From the NCBI GenBank assembly GCA_963972195.1, contig CAXATH010000005.1, positions 114,327 through 178,326 on the forward strand: a stretch of DNA of 64,000 bases, in the 5' to 3' direction. Below are positions 19,440 through 29,534 of the stretch, one piece after another. A model generated the notes under the pieces. That model was not told where the DNA came from, ran no database searches, and saw only the letters and a program-made list of their open reading frames with translations. The number at the start of each line of letters is the position of its first letter. Positions within the stretch are counted from its first letter, which is position 1. The translations under genes and the position numbers were made by a program. The stretch comes from an uncultured Hyphomonadaceae bacterium. GTDB lineage: Bacteria; Pseudomonadota; Alphaproteobacteria; Caulobacterales; Maricaulaceae.

Positions 19440-21179
19440 GTGATGTTTATCAGTACGAAGGAAAAATCAATTACCGGAGAGACGAGGTCAGTCTCTGGGG
19501 TTGGGAGCGCTCGCCAAATACCCGTACAATCAATCGAGAGTGAAGCCGCTTTTTCATTACTGAAAACGGCTACCTTTTCATATCAGGGTGAGGACGGATT
19601 TAATTGGGGCTCTCAAACGCTCATCGCCGCGATTATTCGGTGCGAAACTTCAAAACTACCCAAAAACCGCTCTGACTTTCAGGCGTTGATTCATTCAGAT
19701 TATCAACGCCTTTATGAGTCTTCTTTGCGCTCTCTGAATTGGGAAGGCGCGCGTTACCAAATTCAATATCAGCTCAGAACCGGCGAGGGCCACTGGATTT
19801 GGGTTGAAGAGACAGCGGAGAGGACAAATTCGGATGAAAACCCGCTAAAGGTTGAAGGGGTCATTCGCGATATTACGGATGAAAAGTCCAGATTTGAGCG
19901 ATCAGACTGGTTGGCCCGGCATGATGATATGACCGGTTTGATGAATCAGAATGCTTTCAAAGAGCAGGGCAAAACTTTGTGCGGTCTCGCCCGCCGCGTC
20001 AAAGCTCAAGGCGCTGTTTTTCGCCTTCGCCTCAATAACCTGGATGATGTCAGAACGACCTATGGATTTGAAACTGCGAACAGGCTCTGCCGAGGCGTGG
20101 CCGATAGGCTTCGGCAGATTATTGCGCCTCCGGATTGTCTAGCAAAAGGCGAGGACGGGGATTTCCTTCTAGCTGTCCTCGGTATAGCGGGTCCGGACAG
20201 CGACCCGGGGGTGCTTGCAGAACGTTTACAAATTGCTCTCTCGGATTCGCATTACAAATCGCCTTTTGGCCCGTTAAAGGCGGATATTTCCATTGGCTAT
20301 ACAGCCTTGCCGCAATCAGGCGCGGATTTTGAGACGCTGATTCGTAAAACCGACCGCGCATTGGATTCTCGCTCGTCCGGCGCAGTCTCTGAATATTCGG
20401 TATCTATGGGCCTCGCAGAGAAACCAAATTACAACCAAGACATCACAAAAGAAGACATTCTTTCCGCATTGGACGAAAGACGGATTTCCTTGGCGTTCCA
20501 ACCGATTGTCGAAGCGGTATCCGGTGATCTCCATCACTATGAGTGTCTTTTGCGCCTAAGAGAAAATAGCGGAGAATTGGTCAGCGCGGGTCGGTTTATC
20601 ATGGCGGCGGAGAAACTTGGCCTTGTTCATCATCTGGATCGGCGCGCCCTTGAATTGGCGGCTGGACAACTTTCGGAAAACCCTGACCTGAGAGTTGCTT
20701 TGAATGTTTCCGCAGAAACAATTCAAAACGCCGAAGCCGCTAAGGCCTATCTTGAGACTTTAAAATCTCTGAATGAGAAAACACGCCGCATTACAATAGA
20801 GATGACAGAGACGGCCGCATTGGACGCACCGGAATTGGCAACCCATTTTTCGGCCGAAGTAAGAGCGCTAGGATGCGAATTTTCTATTGACGATTTCGGC
20901 TCCGGCCACACAACGTTCCGTAACCTTATGGCGATTGAAGCGGAATCCATAAAGCTGGATGGAAGCCTCATAAAAGGCATATCTGCTTCGCCGCAAAAAC
21001 AAATCTTTGTCCGGATGATGGTGGATCTGGCCGATACATTTGCGGTTAAAATTGTGGCCGAAATGGTCGAGGACAAGGCTGACGCCACGGCGCTCAAACA
21101 TCTGGGTGTCGATTACCTGCAAGGTTATCTTTACGGCGTTCCAAGCGCGTCTCCCTCTTACCGAAATTCCGCGTCTTAA
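19440..21179 (+). CDS. PAS + degenerate GGDEF + EAL c-di-GMP phosphodiesterase
   Basis: PAS-like 'HWIWVEE..R', 'RHDDMTGLMN', GGDEF site reads 'KGEDGDF'; EAL motifs 'YECLLR', 'DDFGSG', 'AEMVE', 'YLQGY'. Confidence 0.85.
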   Translation: MMFISTKEKSITGETRSVSGVGSARQIPVQSIESEAAFSLLKTATFSYQGEDGFNWGSQTLIAAIIRCETSKLPKNRSDFQALIHSDYQRLYESSLRSLNWEGARYQIQYQLRTGEGHWIWVEETAERTNSDENPLKVEGVIRDITDEKSRFERSDWLARHDDMTGLMNQNAFKEQGKTLCGLARRVKAQGAVFRLRLNNLDDVRTTYGFETANRLCRGVADRLRQIIAPPDCLAKGEDGDFLLAVLGIAGPDSDPGVLAERLQIALSDSHYKSPFGPLKADISIGYTALPQSGADFETLIRKTDRALDSRSSGAVSEYSVSMGLAEKPNYNQDITKEDILSALDERRISLAFQPIVEAVSGDLHHYECLLRLRENSGELVSAGRFIMAAEKLGLVHHLDRRALELAAGQLSENPDLRVALNVSAETIQNAEAAKAYLETLKSLNEKTRRITIEMTETAALDAPELATHFSAEVRALGCEFSIDDFGSGHTTFRNLMAIEAESIKLDGSLIKGISASPQKQIFVRMMVDLADTFAVKIVAEMVEDKADATALKHLGVDYLQGYLYGVPSASPSYRNSAS

Positions 21180-21232
21180 ATCTTCCTAGAGAAAATCCTG
21201 TTTTCCCGTGATATTCGGATTAGAAGGAACCT

Positions 21233-21982
21233 ATGCGAGAAAGCGTCCTCAGACTCGAAAAGTTTTACGCCAGCCCATTGGGGCAGGCGGCGAGAGATAT
21301 GGCAAGCCGGCGTCTACAGACGCTTTGGCCGGATCTTGCAGGTCGTAATGTTTTAGGGTTCGGGTTTTGCGGGCCCTATCTGGAGCCTTATCAGGCAGGC
21401 GCAAACCGTATTATTCTGGCGATGCCGGGGGCGCAAGGCGCTCTAGCCCACCGCGGGAAACGAGGTATTATTTCCTGTCTGGTTGAAGAGGATTGTTTAC
21501 CTTTCGCTGACTCGACATTTGATACAATCCTTTGCGTGCACGGCGTGGAGGAAGCTCCCAATCTTCAGACGTTGATGAAGGAATTATGGCGGGTTTGCCG
21601 CCCCGAGGGGCATGTCGTAATAATCGCCGCAAACCGGGGCGGTCTTTGGGCAAGATCGGATCGCAGCCCGTTTGGCGCAGGCCGTCCTTTCACTCGTTCG
21701 CAAATGCGCGCCGCCATGCGCGCTGTCGGATTTCATCCGACAATCTGGTCAGGCGCGCTCTATGCGCCTCCTCTGAAAATGTTTTCCAAAGGCGGTCTGT
21801 TGCGGGGATCAGAACGATTCGGCGAAACCGTGACGCCCGGTTTGTCCGGTCTAATATTGGTTGAAGCCATAAAACGCCTCTATGTAGAACCGGATATGTC
21901 CGAAAAAGCCAAATCTGTCGTGGCGCGGCCCCGTTTTGGAACCTCTCCCATTGCCAATCGCTCCTCTGCCTCTCATAGATGA
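21233..21982 (+). CDS. Class I SAM-dependent methyltransferase (YafS-like)
   Basis: 'VLGFGFCGPYL', 'LPFADSTFD', 'ELWRVCRPEG', 'PFGAGRPFT'. Confidence 0.8.
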   Translation: MRESVLRLEKFYASPLGQAARDMASRRLQTLWPDLAGRNVLGFGFCGPYLEPYQAGANRIILAMPGAQGALAHRGKRGIISCLVEEDCLPFADSTFDTILCVHGVEEAPNLQTLMKELWRVCRPEGHVVIIAANRGGLWARSDRSPFGAGRPFTRSQMRAAMRAVGFHPTIWSGALYAPPLKMFSKGGLLRGSERFGETVTPGLSGLILVEAIKRLYVEPDMSEKAKSVVARPRFGTSPIANRSSASHR

Positions 21983-21986
21983 AGAG

Positions 21987-22754
21987 ATGGCTAATATGAG
22001 TAAGAACAGCGACGTCGATATTAACGAGGTGCGGTCGGAAATTGATCGCGTCGACAAAGCTTTATTGGAACTCATTGCAGAACGTCTCGAGCTTTCCAAA
22101 GCGGTCAGGCGCGCCAAGTCGGGCATCCGCGTCTGGCGACCATCGCGGGAAGACAGTCATGTCCGCGAGTTGGCGGCCGCGACGCAAGATACTCCCGGCC
22201 CCCTGGTAAGCCGTATCTGGGCCGAGCTAATGAGCGCGAGCCTTGCTATGCAGGGACCCATGAAACTCCATGTTGCGCTGGAAGGTGACGCAATGACATC
22301 TCTGGCTTTGGTGCGGGATCGTTTTGGGGCGTCTATCCCGACTTATACTTATCCTACAGCCAGCAGCGCTTTGGCAGCAACATATTCCGATGATGAAGGC
22401 GTGGCAGTACTCCCAGCGCCGGGCGGGATGCATAGTTGGTGGACGGCGCTGGGCTCCGAAGGGGCGATGCCGGATATGCATATTCTGGCTGGACTGCCCC
22501 GGACAGGTACGCAAGGCTGGCCTCGAGCCGTCGCTGTTGCCACTGCAGATATTCAGCCTTCCGGCAATGATGAGACATTGATAATTTCCAAGGCGGATAT
22601 CCGGGTCGTGCACAATGAGGCGGTGTTGAGAGCGAGCTCAGAAGAACGCCAACTCTATAGTCTGCCGGGATATTTGGAGACCCTTCCAAAATCTGTCAAA
22701 GAGTTGGATGCGACAGCTTGTATCATCGGTACCTTACCTAAACCCATTGGATAA
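21987..22754 (+). CDS. Chorismate mutase (AroQ) with C-terminal extension
   Basis: 'VRSEIDRVDKALLELIAERLEL..AV..AK', 'RPSRE'. Start refined to ATG 21987. Confidence 0.85.
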   Translation: MANMSKNSDVDINEVRSEIDRVDKALLELIAERLELSKAVRRAKSGIRVWRPSREDSHVRELAAATQDTPGPLVSRIWAELMSASLAMQGPMKLHVALEGDAMTSLALVRDRFGASIPTYTYPTASSALAATYSDDEGVAVLPAPGGMHSWWTALGSEGAMPDMHILAGLPRTGTQGWPRAVAVATADIQPSGNDETLIISKADIRVVHNEAVLRASSEERQLYSLPGYLETLPKSVKELDATACIIGTLPKPIG

Positions 22755-22791
22755 AACGGCGCATTTTAGACTTGGCCTCTTGGATAATTTT

Positions 22792-23697
22792 ATGACTTTT
22801 AAGACCATCCTTATTGTTGGCGGCGGCTTGATAGGCAGCTCGATTGCCCGAGCGGCCAAGGCGAATGACCAAGCGGAAACTGTTTATATAACAGATAATT
22901 CTCATAGCGCCTGCTCGGCAATAGAACGTCTCGGAATTGCAGATGGTGTCAGCGAAGGGCAGGCGGATTATTTTGCCTCTCAGGCGGACTTAGTTATTCT
23001 ATGCGTGCCACCCGGACGGATGGGGGACGTGGCCGAGAAAATTATTCCGAACATGAAATCCGGCGCTGTTCTGTCGGATGTAGGGTCAATCAAAGGCGCC
23101 GTTATTTCGGCTGTAACGCCTTTCCTGCGGGATGATATTACATTTGTCCCCGCTCATCCCATTGCCGGGACAGAGTATAGCGGGCCGGAGGCTGGACAGG
23201 CAGACATGTTTAAAGACCGTTGGTGCGTTTTGACGCCAACGAAGAAGAGCCTTCCGGAAACCAAGCAATTAAAAGCTTTTTGGCAGGGCCTTGGAAGTCA
23301 GGTCAGTATTATGACGCCGAAACGACATGACATAGTTCTCGCCACAACGTCTCATGTTCCACATTTAATTGCTTACACCTTGGTCGGAACGGCCGTGGAT
23401 ATGGAAACCGTGACGGACAATGAAGTAGTAAAATACTCCGCTGGCGGATTTCGCGATTTCACCCGAATTGCGGCGTCTGATCCGGTCATGTGGCGGGACG
23501 TATTCCTGTCCAACCGCGAGGCGACGCTTGAAGTTGTTGATCGGTTTATTGAGGATCTAACGGCACTGAAGCGGGCGATAAGATGGGAAGAGGGCGAAAC
23601 CTTATTGGAGCATTTTGCCAAAACACGCGACATCCGTCGCCGTATTGTCGATGCAGGCCAAGACAGCGCCGAGCCCAATTTCGGCCGGCACGATTAA
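22792..23697 (+). CDS. tyrA: Prephenate/arogenate (cyclohexadienyl) dehydrogenase
   Basis: 'GGGLIGSS', 'DVGSIK', 'HPIAGTE', 'SHVPHL', 'GGFRDFTRIAASDP'. Start refined to ATG 22792. Confidence 0.9.
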   Translation: MTFKTILIVGGGLIGSSIARAAKANDQAETVYITDNSHSACSAIERLGIADGVSEGQADYFASQADLVILCVPPGRMGDVAEKIIPNMKSGAVLSDVGSIKGAVISAVTPFLRDDITFVPAHPIAGTEYSGPEAGQADMFKDRWCVLTPTKKSLPETKQLKAFWQGLGSQVSIMTPKRHDIVLATTSHVPHLIAYTLVGTAVDMETVTDNEVVKYSAGGFRDFTRIAASDPVMWRDVFLSNREATLEVVDRFIEDLTALKRAIRWEEGETLLEHFAKTRDIRRRIVDAGQDSAEPNFGRHD

Positions 23698-23698
23698 T

Positions 23699-24379
23699 TT
23701 AATTCTGCGGCTCTGTCTGCGGCAGAGGCGTGTCCGGAGCCTTCTCCCGTTGCGATTTGCTGGATCCTCTCGCCATTGTAATGAGTAATTTTGCATATTC
23801 GCTGAGGAGTCTGTCGAACCGATCGCGGTCAGAATACCAATGTGTCCGCATCTCGGCAGAAACGGGGTAGGCTGTAATTCGTATCCGCCCTGCAGCGAGG
23901 GCAATTTCGCTTTGCGCTCGTGGCATATGATAGGCCGATGTCACCAATAGAATATGTTCATACCCAAGCGCCTTGGCCCACGCCGCCGTCTCGCGCGCAT
24001 TCCCGATCGTGTCTTCGGCTACATAATCCAGGTCGATGCAACAGGCTTTTGTTTCTTCCGGCAGGTCAAGCAAGTTGAAAATGGTCTGTGATTTCAAATC
24101 TCTGTTCACACCTGAAATCAGAAGGCGCTCGCCTTTTCCTTCTTTCAGGAGCGCCGCCCCGGCTTCTAATCGCCCGCCGCCAGGACCTGTCCAAACGACA
24201 ATGCCGTCCGCATCTGGGGCGACTTTCGGCGTTGAAAGCCCATCTACTTTTTCAGCAAACACAAAGAAACCAAAAGCCAGAATTAGGAGGGCCACAAAGA
24301 TGACAAGAGCGATGAATTTTATCCAGGCCCAAAGCTTTTGAGCAGCTGATTTTTTTGGTTTAGGTTCGGCGCGTTTCAT
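23699..24379 (-). CDS. YdcF/ElyC (DUF218) family protein
   Basis: N-terminal TM helix, 'GIVVWTG', 'LLISG', 'DTIGNARE', 'LVTSAYHMPRA'. Confidence 0.85.
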   Translation of the reverse strand: MKRAEPKPKKSAAQKLWAWIKFIALVIFVALLILAFGFFVFAEKVDGLSTPKVAPDADGIVVWTGPGGGRLEAGAALLKEGKGERLLISGVNRDLKSQTIFNLLDLPEETKACCIDLDYVAEDTIGNARETAAWAKALGYEHILLVTSAYHMPRAQSEIALAAGRIRITAYPVSAEMRTHWYSDRDRFDRLLSEYAKLLITMARGSSKSQREKAPDTPLPQTEPQN

Positions 24380-25287
24380 CAGGCACGCTTTCGTTCGCGG
24401 ATGAGGGCGCGTTTTGTCGCAAGTCCCGCTGCAACGGCGCAGACAAGAACGAAAAGTGCCCAGAGGCCAAACAGCCAGAGCGTGTCATTTAAGGCCTCGC
24501 CTAATCCTGACCAAAACAATTCCGGTACGGAACTGAAAAGAGACATTACGGCCCAGAGTGCCCAAGCAATTATAAGCCCAACTCCGGCTCCGGAAGCGCT
24601 TCGCCGTCCGGCCTGACCGACAAAAAGCCGAGATATGAAACCATCCGTCGCGCCGACCTGTGCCAGCACGGAAATTATGGAGCGCTGCGCGGCCATCGCT
24701 GAGCGCGTCGCAAAAAGGTTTACACTGATACCGGCGACGAGAAGCAAAATGAGTAAGGATGTGCCGCCAAAAACCAGAAGGCGCGCAGTGCCGCGAATTT
24801 GATCTGTCCAACGCGAATGGTCATCCACAGAGGCGACAATACCATTTTGTTGCAATTGCGTTTCCAGCAGAACAGCGTTGGGGGTATTTGAATTTTCTGC
24901 AGTTTCAATGGTAATGAGGCCCGGCAAGGTCAGGCTTTCCGGAAGTTCTAAATTCCCAATCCAGGGCCGAATTAGTTCTCGTGATTGACTTTGTTGAACC
25001 ACAGTTACTTTTGCTTCGCTCCCGAGAATGGATTGTAAGGATTCTGCGGCTTGATCCATTTGAGTTTCGAAATCATTTTCAGCCGACAAAGGAGCTAGAC
25101 TAATTTGCACCGTTGCCGAATTAGACAGCTGTGCCTGCCAATCTCCTGACAGTCGCGAGGTTGCCCGCGAGAACAGAAGAGCTAGCGCCGCGAGAAAGGC
25201 CATAATTGCCAAAACGGTGATCAAAGCGCGGACATTATGGCCGCGCGGCATTAATATTGATTGTTGGGGCGGGAGAGGGCGACTCAT
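24379..25287 (-). CDS. ftsX: Cell division permease FtsX
   Basis: Four TM helices, 'VDDHSRW', 'VGATDGFI'; follows ftsE. Confidence 0.85.
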   Translation of the reverse strand: MSRPLPPQQSILMPRGHNVRALITVLAIMAFLAALALLFSRATSRLSGDWQAQLSNSATVQISLAPLSAENDFETQMDQAAESLQSILGSEAKVTVVQQSQSRELIRPWIGNLELPESLTLPGLITIETAENSNTPNAVLLETQLQQNGIVASVDDHSRWTDQIRGTARLLVFGGTSLLILLLVAGISVNLFATRSAMAAQRSIISVLAQVGATDGFISRLFVGQAGRRSASGAGVGLIIAWALWAVMSLFSSVPELFWSGLGEALNDTLWLFGLWALFVLVCAVAAGLATKRALIRERKRA

Positions 25288-26048
25288 AAATAGGTCTCCT
25301 CAAAATCAGGCGCCGCGTTCAGGCCTTTATAAATACGTCCGTCTTCAATGCGAAACACGCGGGCTTCCAGTTCTTGAATTAAATCAATGTCATGGGTCGC
25401 GATCATCACGGTCGTTCCCATACGGTTCATTTCCGCAAACAGCCTAAGCAGGCGACGACCAATTTCAGGGTCTACATTTCCGGTGGGTTCATCTGCAATA
25501 AGCAAGTTTGGTTTTGCAATGACGGCCCGAGCAATGGCGGCGCGTTGTTTCTCTCCACCGGAAAGTGTTGACGGGAAGGCCTGCATTCTATGGCCTAGTC
25601 CCACCCACTGTAAAAGTTCTGTTACGTCCTGTGTGTAGTGCGCGCGCGATTGTCCGGCGACGCGCAAAGGAAGAGAGACATTTTCAAAAACGCTGAGATG
25701 ATCAATGAGCGTGAAGTCCTGCAAGACCACACCTATCCGCCGTCGGACGGCCTGTGTCTCTCGATTGTCCAGCAAGGCGGCGTCTTGACCAAATGTCGAT
25801 ATATGGCCGCGTGAGGGGGCAAGGGCGAGGTAGCAAAGTTTCAAAAGACTAGATTTTCCCGCGCCTGACGGACCCGTCAAAAAGCTGAAACTGCCTTGCG
25901 GTAGCGTCAGGTTTACATCGGATAAAATTTCAGGGCCGCGCCCATAGCGGAGTCCGACATCGCGAAACGCAATGATATCCGGTCTTTCAGTTGAGCGGGC
26001 TTTTGTATTTAGGCCGGGGCTCTTGGAGTTTGGCTCGGGACGTGTCAA
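25284..26048 (-). CDS. ftsE: Cell division ATP-binding protein FtsE
   Basis: Walker A 'GPSGAGKS', 'LSGGEKQR', 'ADEPTGNVD'; exact start uncertain. Confidence 0.92.
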   Translation of the reverse strand: MTRPEPNSKSPGLNTKARSTERPDIIAFRDVGLRYGRGPEILSDVNLTLPQGSFSFLTGPSGAGKSSLLKLCYLALAPSRGHISTFGQDAALLDNRETQAVRRRIGVVLQDFTLIDHLSVFENVSLPLRVAGQSRAHYTQDVTELLQWVGLGHRMQAFPSTLSGGEKQRAAIARAVIAKPNLLIADEPTGNVDPEIGRRLLRLFAEMNRMGTTVMIATHDIDLIQELEARVFRIEDGRIYKGLNAAPDFEETYL

Positions 26049-26079
26049 AATAGATTATCCATTTTCGAATCGAATTCTT

Positions 26080-26829
26080 ATGATACTGACATGTCCGGAA
26101 TGTTCCACCAGTTATATGGCGAAAGATGACGCCATTGGCCCAAATGGACGTACTGTTCGCTGCGCAAAATGTTCTGCGACCTGGTTTGTTCCGGCTCCTG
26201 TCGAGGTTGCTTCCACGCCAGATGATCTCCAATTAGCAGATATAACGCGAGAGTCGACAACTGCATCGCAAGAGTCTTTCGTAGCAGAATCCGGCGAAGA
26301 CAGGACTGTCGTATCAGATCAAAATGTGGCCCCAATGACATCCGGCAAGAGTGCCGATGCCATAATAAGAGATAAAGCCGAAGCCGAGAAAAGACGCCGC
26401 CGCCGCCGCACAATCTGGCTCATTTGGCTTATCCCAATATTGTTCATATTTACTCTAATTGCTGGGCTTTACTTTAGCCGAACGGTCATTGCTGAGCGCT
26501 TTCCGGCGACTGTTCCTCTTTATAATGCTGTTGGCGTAGAAGTCAGTCAGACGGGACTTCAGATTGATAAACCCACCGTCCGAATTGCTGTGGTGAATGG
26601 GCAGACGACGGTCGTAATTAATGGGTCTGTCAAAAATATTTCAAATCAAGCCCAATCCCTGCCCATGCTTAGATTGTCCCTGAACAATCCGGCCGGGGAA
26701 GAGGTTGCCAATTGGATGGTGGATTTTGAAAAGCCAGTTTTAAAAGGACAGGAGCGCGTTGAATTCGCCTCGGAGTATCCCAATCCGCCGCCTGACAGTA
26801 CCAGCCTGCGATACAGACTCGCCGAATAA
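26080..26829 (+). CDS. MJ0042-type zinc-ribbon / DUF3426 protein
   Basis: 'MILTCPECSTSY...GRTVRCAKCSATW', one TM helix, C-terminal Ig-like domain. Start refined to ATG 26080. Confidence 0.85.
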   Translation: MILTCPECSTSYMAKDDAIGPNGRTVRCAKCSATWFVPAPVEVASTPDDLQLADITRESTTASQESFVAESGEDRTVVSDQNVAPMTSGKSADAIIRDKAEAEKRRRRRRTIWLIWLIPILFIFTLIAGLYFSRTVIAERFPATVPLYNAVGVEVSQTGLQIDKPTVRIAVVNGQTTVVINGSVKNISNQAQSLPMLRLSLNNPAGEEVANWMVDFEKPVLKGQERVEFASEYPNPPPDSTSLRYRLAE

Positions 26830-26834
26830 TTATT

Positions 26835-29480
26835 TTAAAACCGGTCGAGTAAGCGTTCAATATAATCACGCTCCTCCTGGCGGCGTTCGCGCTCTGCGGC
26901 CCGGCGTCGTAACTCTTCCATTAATTCCCGCGAGCGGCTGGCATTGTCCCTTTGATCTATGTCGGCTTCGGCGTTTTCAGAATTATCTCCGCCTTGTTGC
27001 CGTCCGAGCGGGTCATTGCCCTGACCGCTTTCTCCGGCTTCGCCTTGGCCTTCTCCCCGGGCTGACTCAGCCAGCTTCTCTCCGGCGTCGCGCATAGCCT
27101 GAACAGCGTCTTCCTGAGCGCTGCGCGCGGTGGGGTAATCGCCTTGCGACAGCGCGTCCGCAGCTCTGGACATACCATCTCTCGCCCGATCCAATTCATC
27201 CTGAGCGGCGTCTGTTCCGCCGCCTGTACTTTCGCTGTTTCCGTCGCCGGGCTGATTTCCGTCTTCACCACTTTCGCTTGGATCCCCGGCAGATTGATCA
27301 TTAGAATTCGCGCCAAGCTGCGCTTCGTCTCCGTCATCTTCGCCCAGCCGTCCGAGCAATTCTTCCAATTCTTCCTGGCGGCTGGCCAATTCGCCGGGGC
27401 TCAGGCCTGATTGCGGAGAGCTACTTCCGTCATTTGAGCCGTTACCGTCAGTATTCTCTTGCGCCTGCCGCTCCGCTTCATCTGTTTCATCTTGTAATTC
27501 GCGTTGTTCGCCTAAGAGATCGGCAAGCTTTTCGAGGTTTTCTTTCATTTTCTCGCTCATCTCACCTTCAAAGCCTTCTCCCTCGCCTCCGGCAGATTGT
27601 GAGAGTTGAATTTCCATATTTTCAAGGACTTGAGCGAGCTGCGCGAGGGCGCGGCGTGCGCCTTCCACGTCTCCTGCCCTATTGGCCTCCTCGATCGCTT
27701 TAAGGAGTTCTTCTATTTCGTCAGTCGAACCCATGGAGCCGCCTCCGCCGCCGCTATTTTCCTGTTCGGCAAAGTTCCCCTCTTCGAGTGCTTTGCGTTT
27801 GAGCTCTTCGGTATAGGCCTCTACAGCACTATTATAGCGCTCGAAGAGTGTATCTATTTCCCGCTGAGGCGCGCGGCGGGCCATACCTTCGCGCAAGGCC
27901 TGCTCTGCTTCGCGCATTTCTTCCAAAGCTGTTCCCAAAGTTCCGTATTCGGCTCGAAGCGCAATCGACCAGAGCTCGTCAGGAATGGGCTCAACTGTTT
28001 CAAGATTACGCGCATAGCGCAGTCGTGACCGAACATTGCGAAGACCCAGATAAACAGATGGGTCGCTAAATAGTCCTTCGGGTCGGTCAGTCACGGCCCC
28101 AATCAAATTAGCGGCGCGCTCAATACCTTCCGGGGCACGTTTAAGGCGTTGGACAGCATTTGAATCACTAAAAATTTGTCCTGGCAGGGGCGGGGCCGCC
28201 GATTCAGGTTTGTAATCCGCTTCTATCGCTTGCAAAACAACCGCTCTTTGTTCGACGACAGCCTTGGCCAGTGGTTCGACAAAAATCTTGTCGGGAACTC
28301 TAAACCAGCTTTCGGAAGAATAAGCGTATTGCCCAGCCCCATCTGTGGCCTTCAGTCTGGCAATGACTTTCTTGCCCGCAAGAGGGTGGCGTGTGAGATC
28401 GAGCTTGGCTTCCATCGCTTCTGCTTTGGGAATTGAGCCTCCGCTCATTGGAATTTCGACCAAGGAAGAGCCCGCAAAAGGCTCTTCTACGCCATCGACA
28501 ATTTCAGCCATCTCCAAAGATAAATTCGTGACGCCGTAATCATCTTTGAAAGAATAAGTTATGACCAGACGATCCTGTTTGTCAGCCTTCGGTGTCTCAT
28601 CCAAAGTAACAATCGGCAGCTGATCTTGAACGACATTTAGTTTCCAGACTTTGCGGTTTTGGCCAATTCTCCAGACGGCTTCTCCCGACTCGCTCACAAA
28701 AGCCCGCGCTTCAAAGGTTTCCCGGCTGAGTTTGTTGATTTTCAAATAGTCTGTCTGCCCGCCTTGGCGTAATCTAGGACGCGGCACGCTTTTCGCGCCG
28801 TTCAGGCGGGCGACCCATTCACTACCTGCCGGGATTGTCTTGATATCCTGACCTTGAAAGTAAATAGGCGGCCGGCCTGTATAATCAGGCGGATCAATCC
28901 ACGCTTCGAAGGTGACATTGTTGGGATTAACGCCCGCTTGCCAGACAGGCGTCAAGGCGCGCCGCAAGCGCTCCATATTGGCGCCGCTGCCAACCAGAAG
29001 CGCCAAGAGGAGAGTAAAGGGAAGGATAAACCTTAGAAAATAAGGATCGCGCGGCGCGATTGTCGGGCGTAGATCCGGCCGGGTTAACTGCTCGGACTGT
29101 TTTAAGGCTTTGGAATAATGGGCAGGCCAGCTTTCCTCGCCGATAACGGGGCGGTCATCTAAAACATCCAGTGGTCGATGAGCCTGTTTGGAATCATTCT
29201 CTACCCGCCGCCTTGCTTCGGATAGGGATGGCAGGGGACGTTTTTGGGCTCTGTAGGCGGCCTGAATCAGAAAGATCAGAGCCGCTATGGCGGCCAGGCC
29301 GCGCCAGGGGTCCCCAATTCTTTCCCACACGCCTGCAAAAACACCGACCAGAAAAAGAGAGACGAAAACGGCTGTCCATAGGAACACGGGGACATAGCGC
29401 TCCCAAACCAACCATAGGCGGGCAGTCCGGACATAACGCGCCAGCCGCGTGGTAAGAGGTGTTTGCTCTGAAGAGTTCAT
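26835..29480 (-). CDS. TIGR02302/DUF4175 family protein
   Basis: 'DPYFLR', 'AWIDPPDYTGRPPIY', Gln/Gly-rich tail ending 'ERDYIERLLDRF'; next to lysA. Confidence 0.85.
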   Translation of the reverse strand: MNSSEQTPLTTRLARYVRTARLWLVWERYVPVFLWTAVFVSLFLVGVFAGVWERIGDPWRGLAAIAALIFLIQAAYRAQKRPLPSLSEARRRVENDSKQAHRPLDVLDDRPVIGEESWPAHYSKALKQSEQLTRPDLRPTIAPRDPYFLRFILPFTLLLALLVGSGANMERLRRALTPVWQAGVNPNNVTFEAWIDPPDYTGRPPIYFQGQDIKTIPAGSEWVARLNGAKSVPRPRLRQGGQTDYLKINKLSRETFEARAFVSESGEAVWRIGQNRKVWKLNVVQDQLPIVTLDETPKADKQDRLVITYSFKDDYGVTNLSLEMAEIVDGVEEPFAGSSLVEIPMSGGSIPKAEAMEAKLDLTRHPLAGKKVIARLKATDGAGQYAYSSESWFRVPDKIFVEPLAKAVVEQRAVVLQAIEADYKPESAAPPLPGQIFSDSNAVQRLKRAPEGIERAANLIGAVTDRPEGLFSDPSVYLGLRNVRSRLRYARNLETVEPIPDELWSIALRAEYGTLGTALEEMREAEQALREGMARRAPQREIDTLFERYNSAVEAYTEELKRKALEEGNFAEQENSGGGGGSMGSTDEIEELLKAIEEANRAGDVEGARRALAQLAQVLENMEIQLSQSAGGEGEGFEGEMSEKMKENLEKLADLLGEQRELQDETDEAERQAQENTDGNGSNDGSSSPQSGLSPGELASRQEELEELLGRLGEDDGDEAQLGANSNDQSAGDPSESGEDGNQPGDGNSESTGGGTDAAQDELDRARDGMSRAADALSQGDYPTARSAQEDAVQAMRDAGEKLAESARGEGQGEAGESGQGNDPLGRQQGGDNSENAEADIDQRDNASRSRELMEELRRRAAERERRQEERDYIERLLDRF

Positions 29481-29534
29481 ATGAGCCCGACTATAAAGCC
29501 ATGACTTTATGTGTCGTGTTAAATTTCATCCAAG

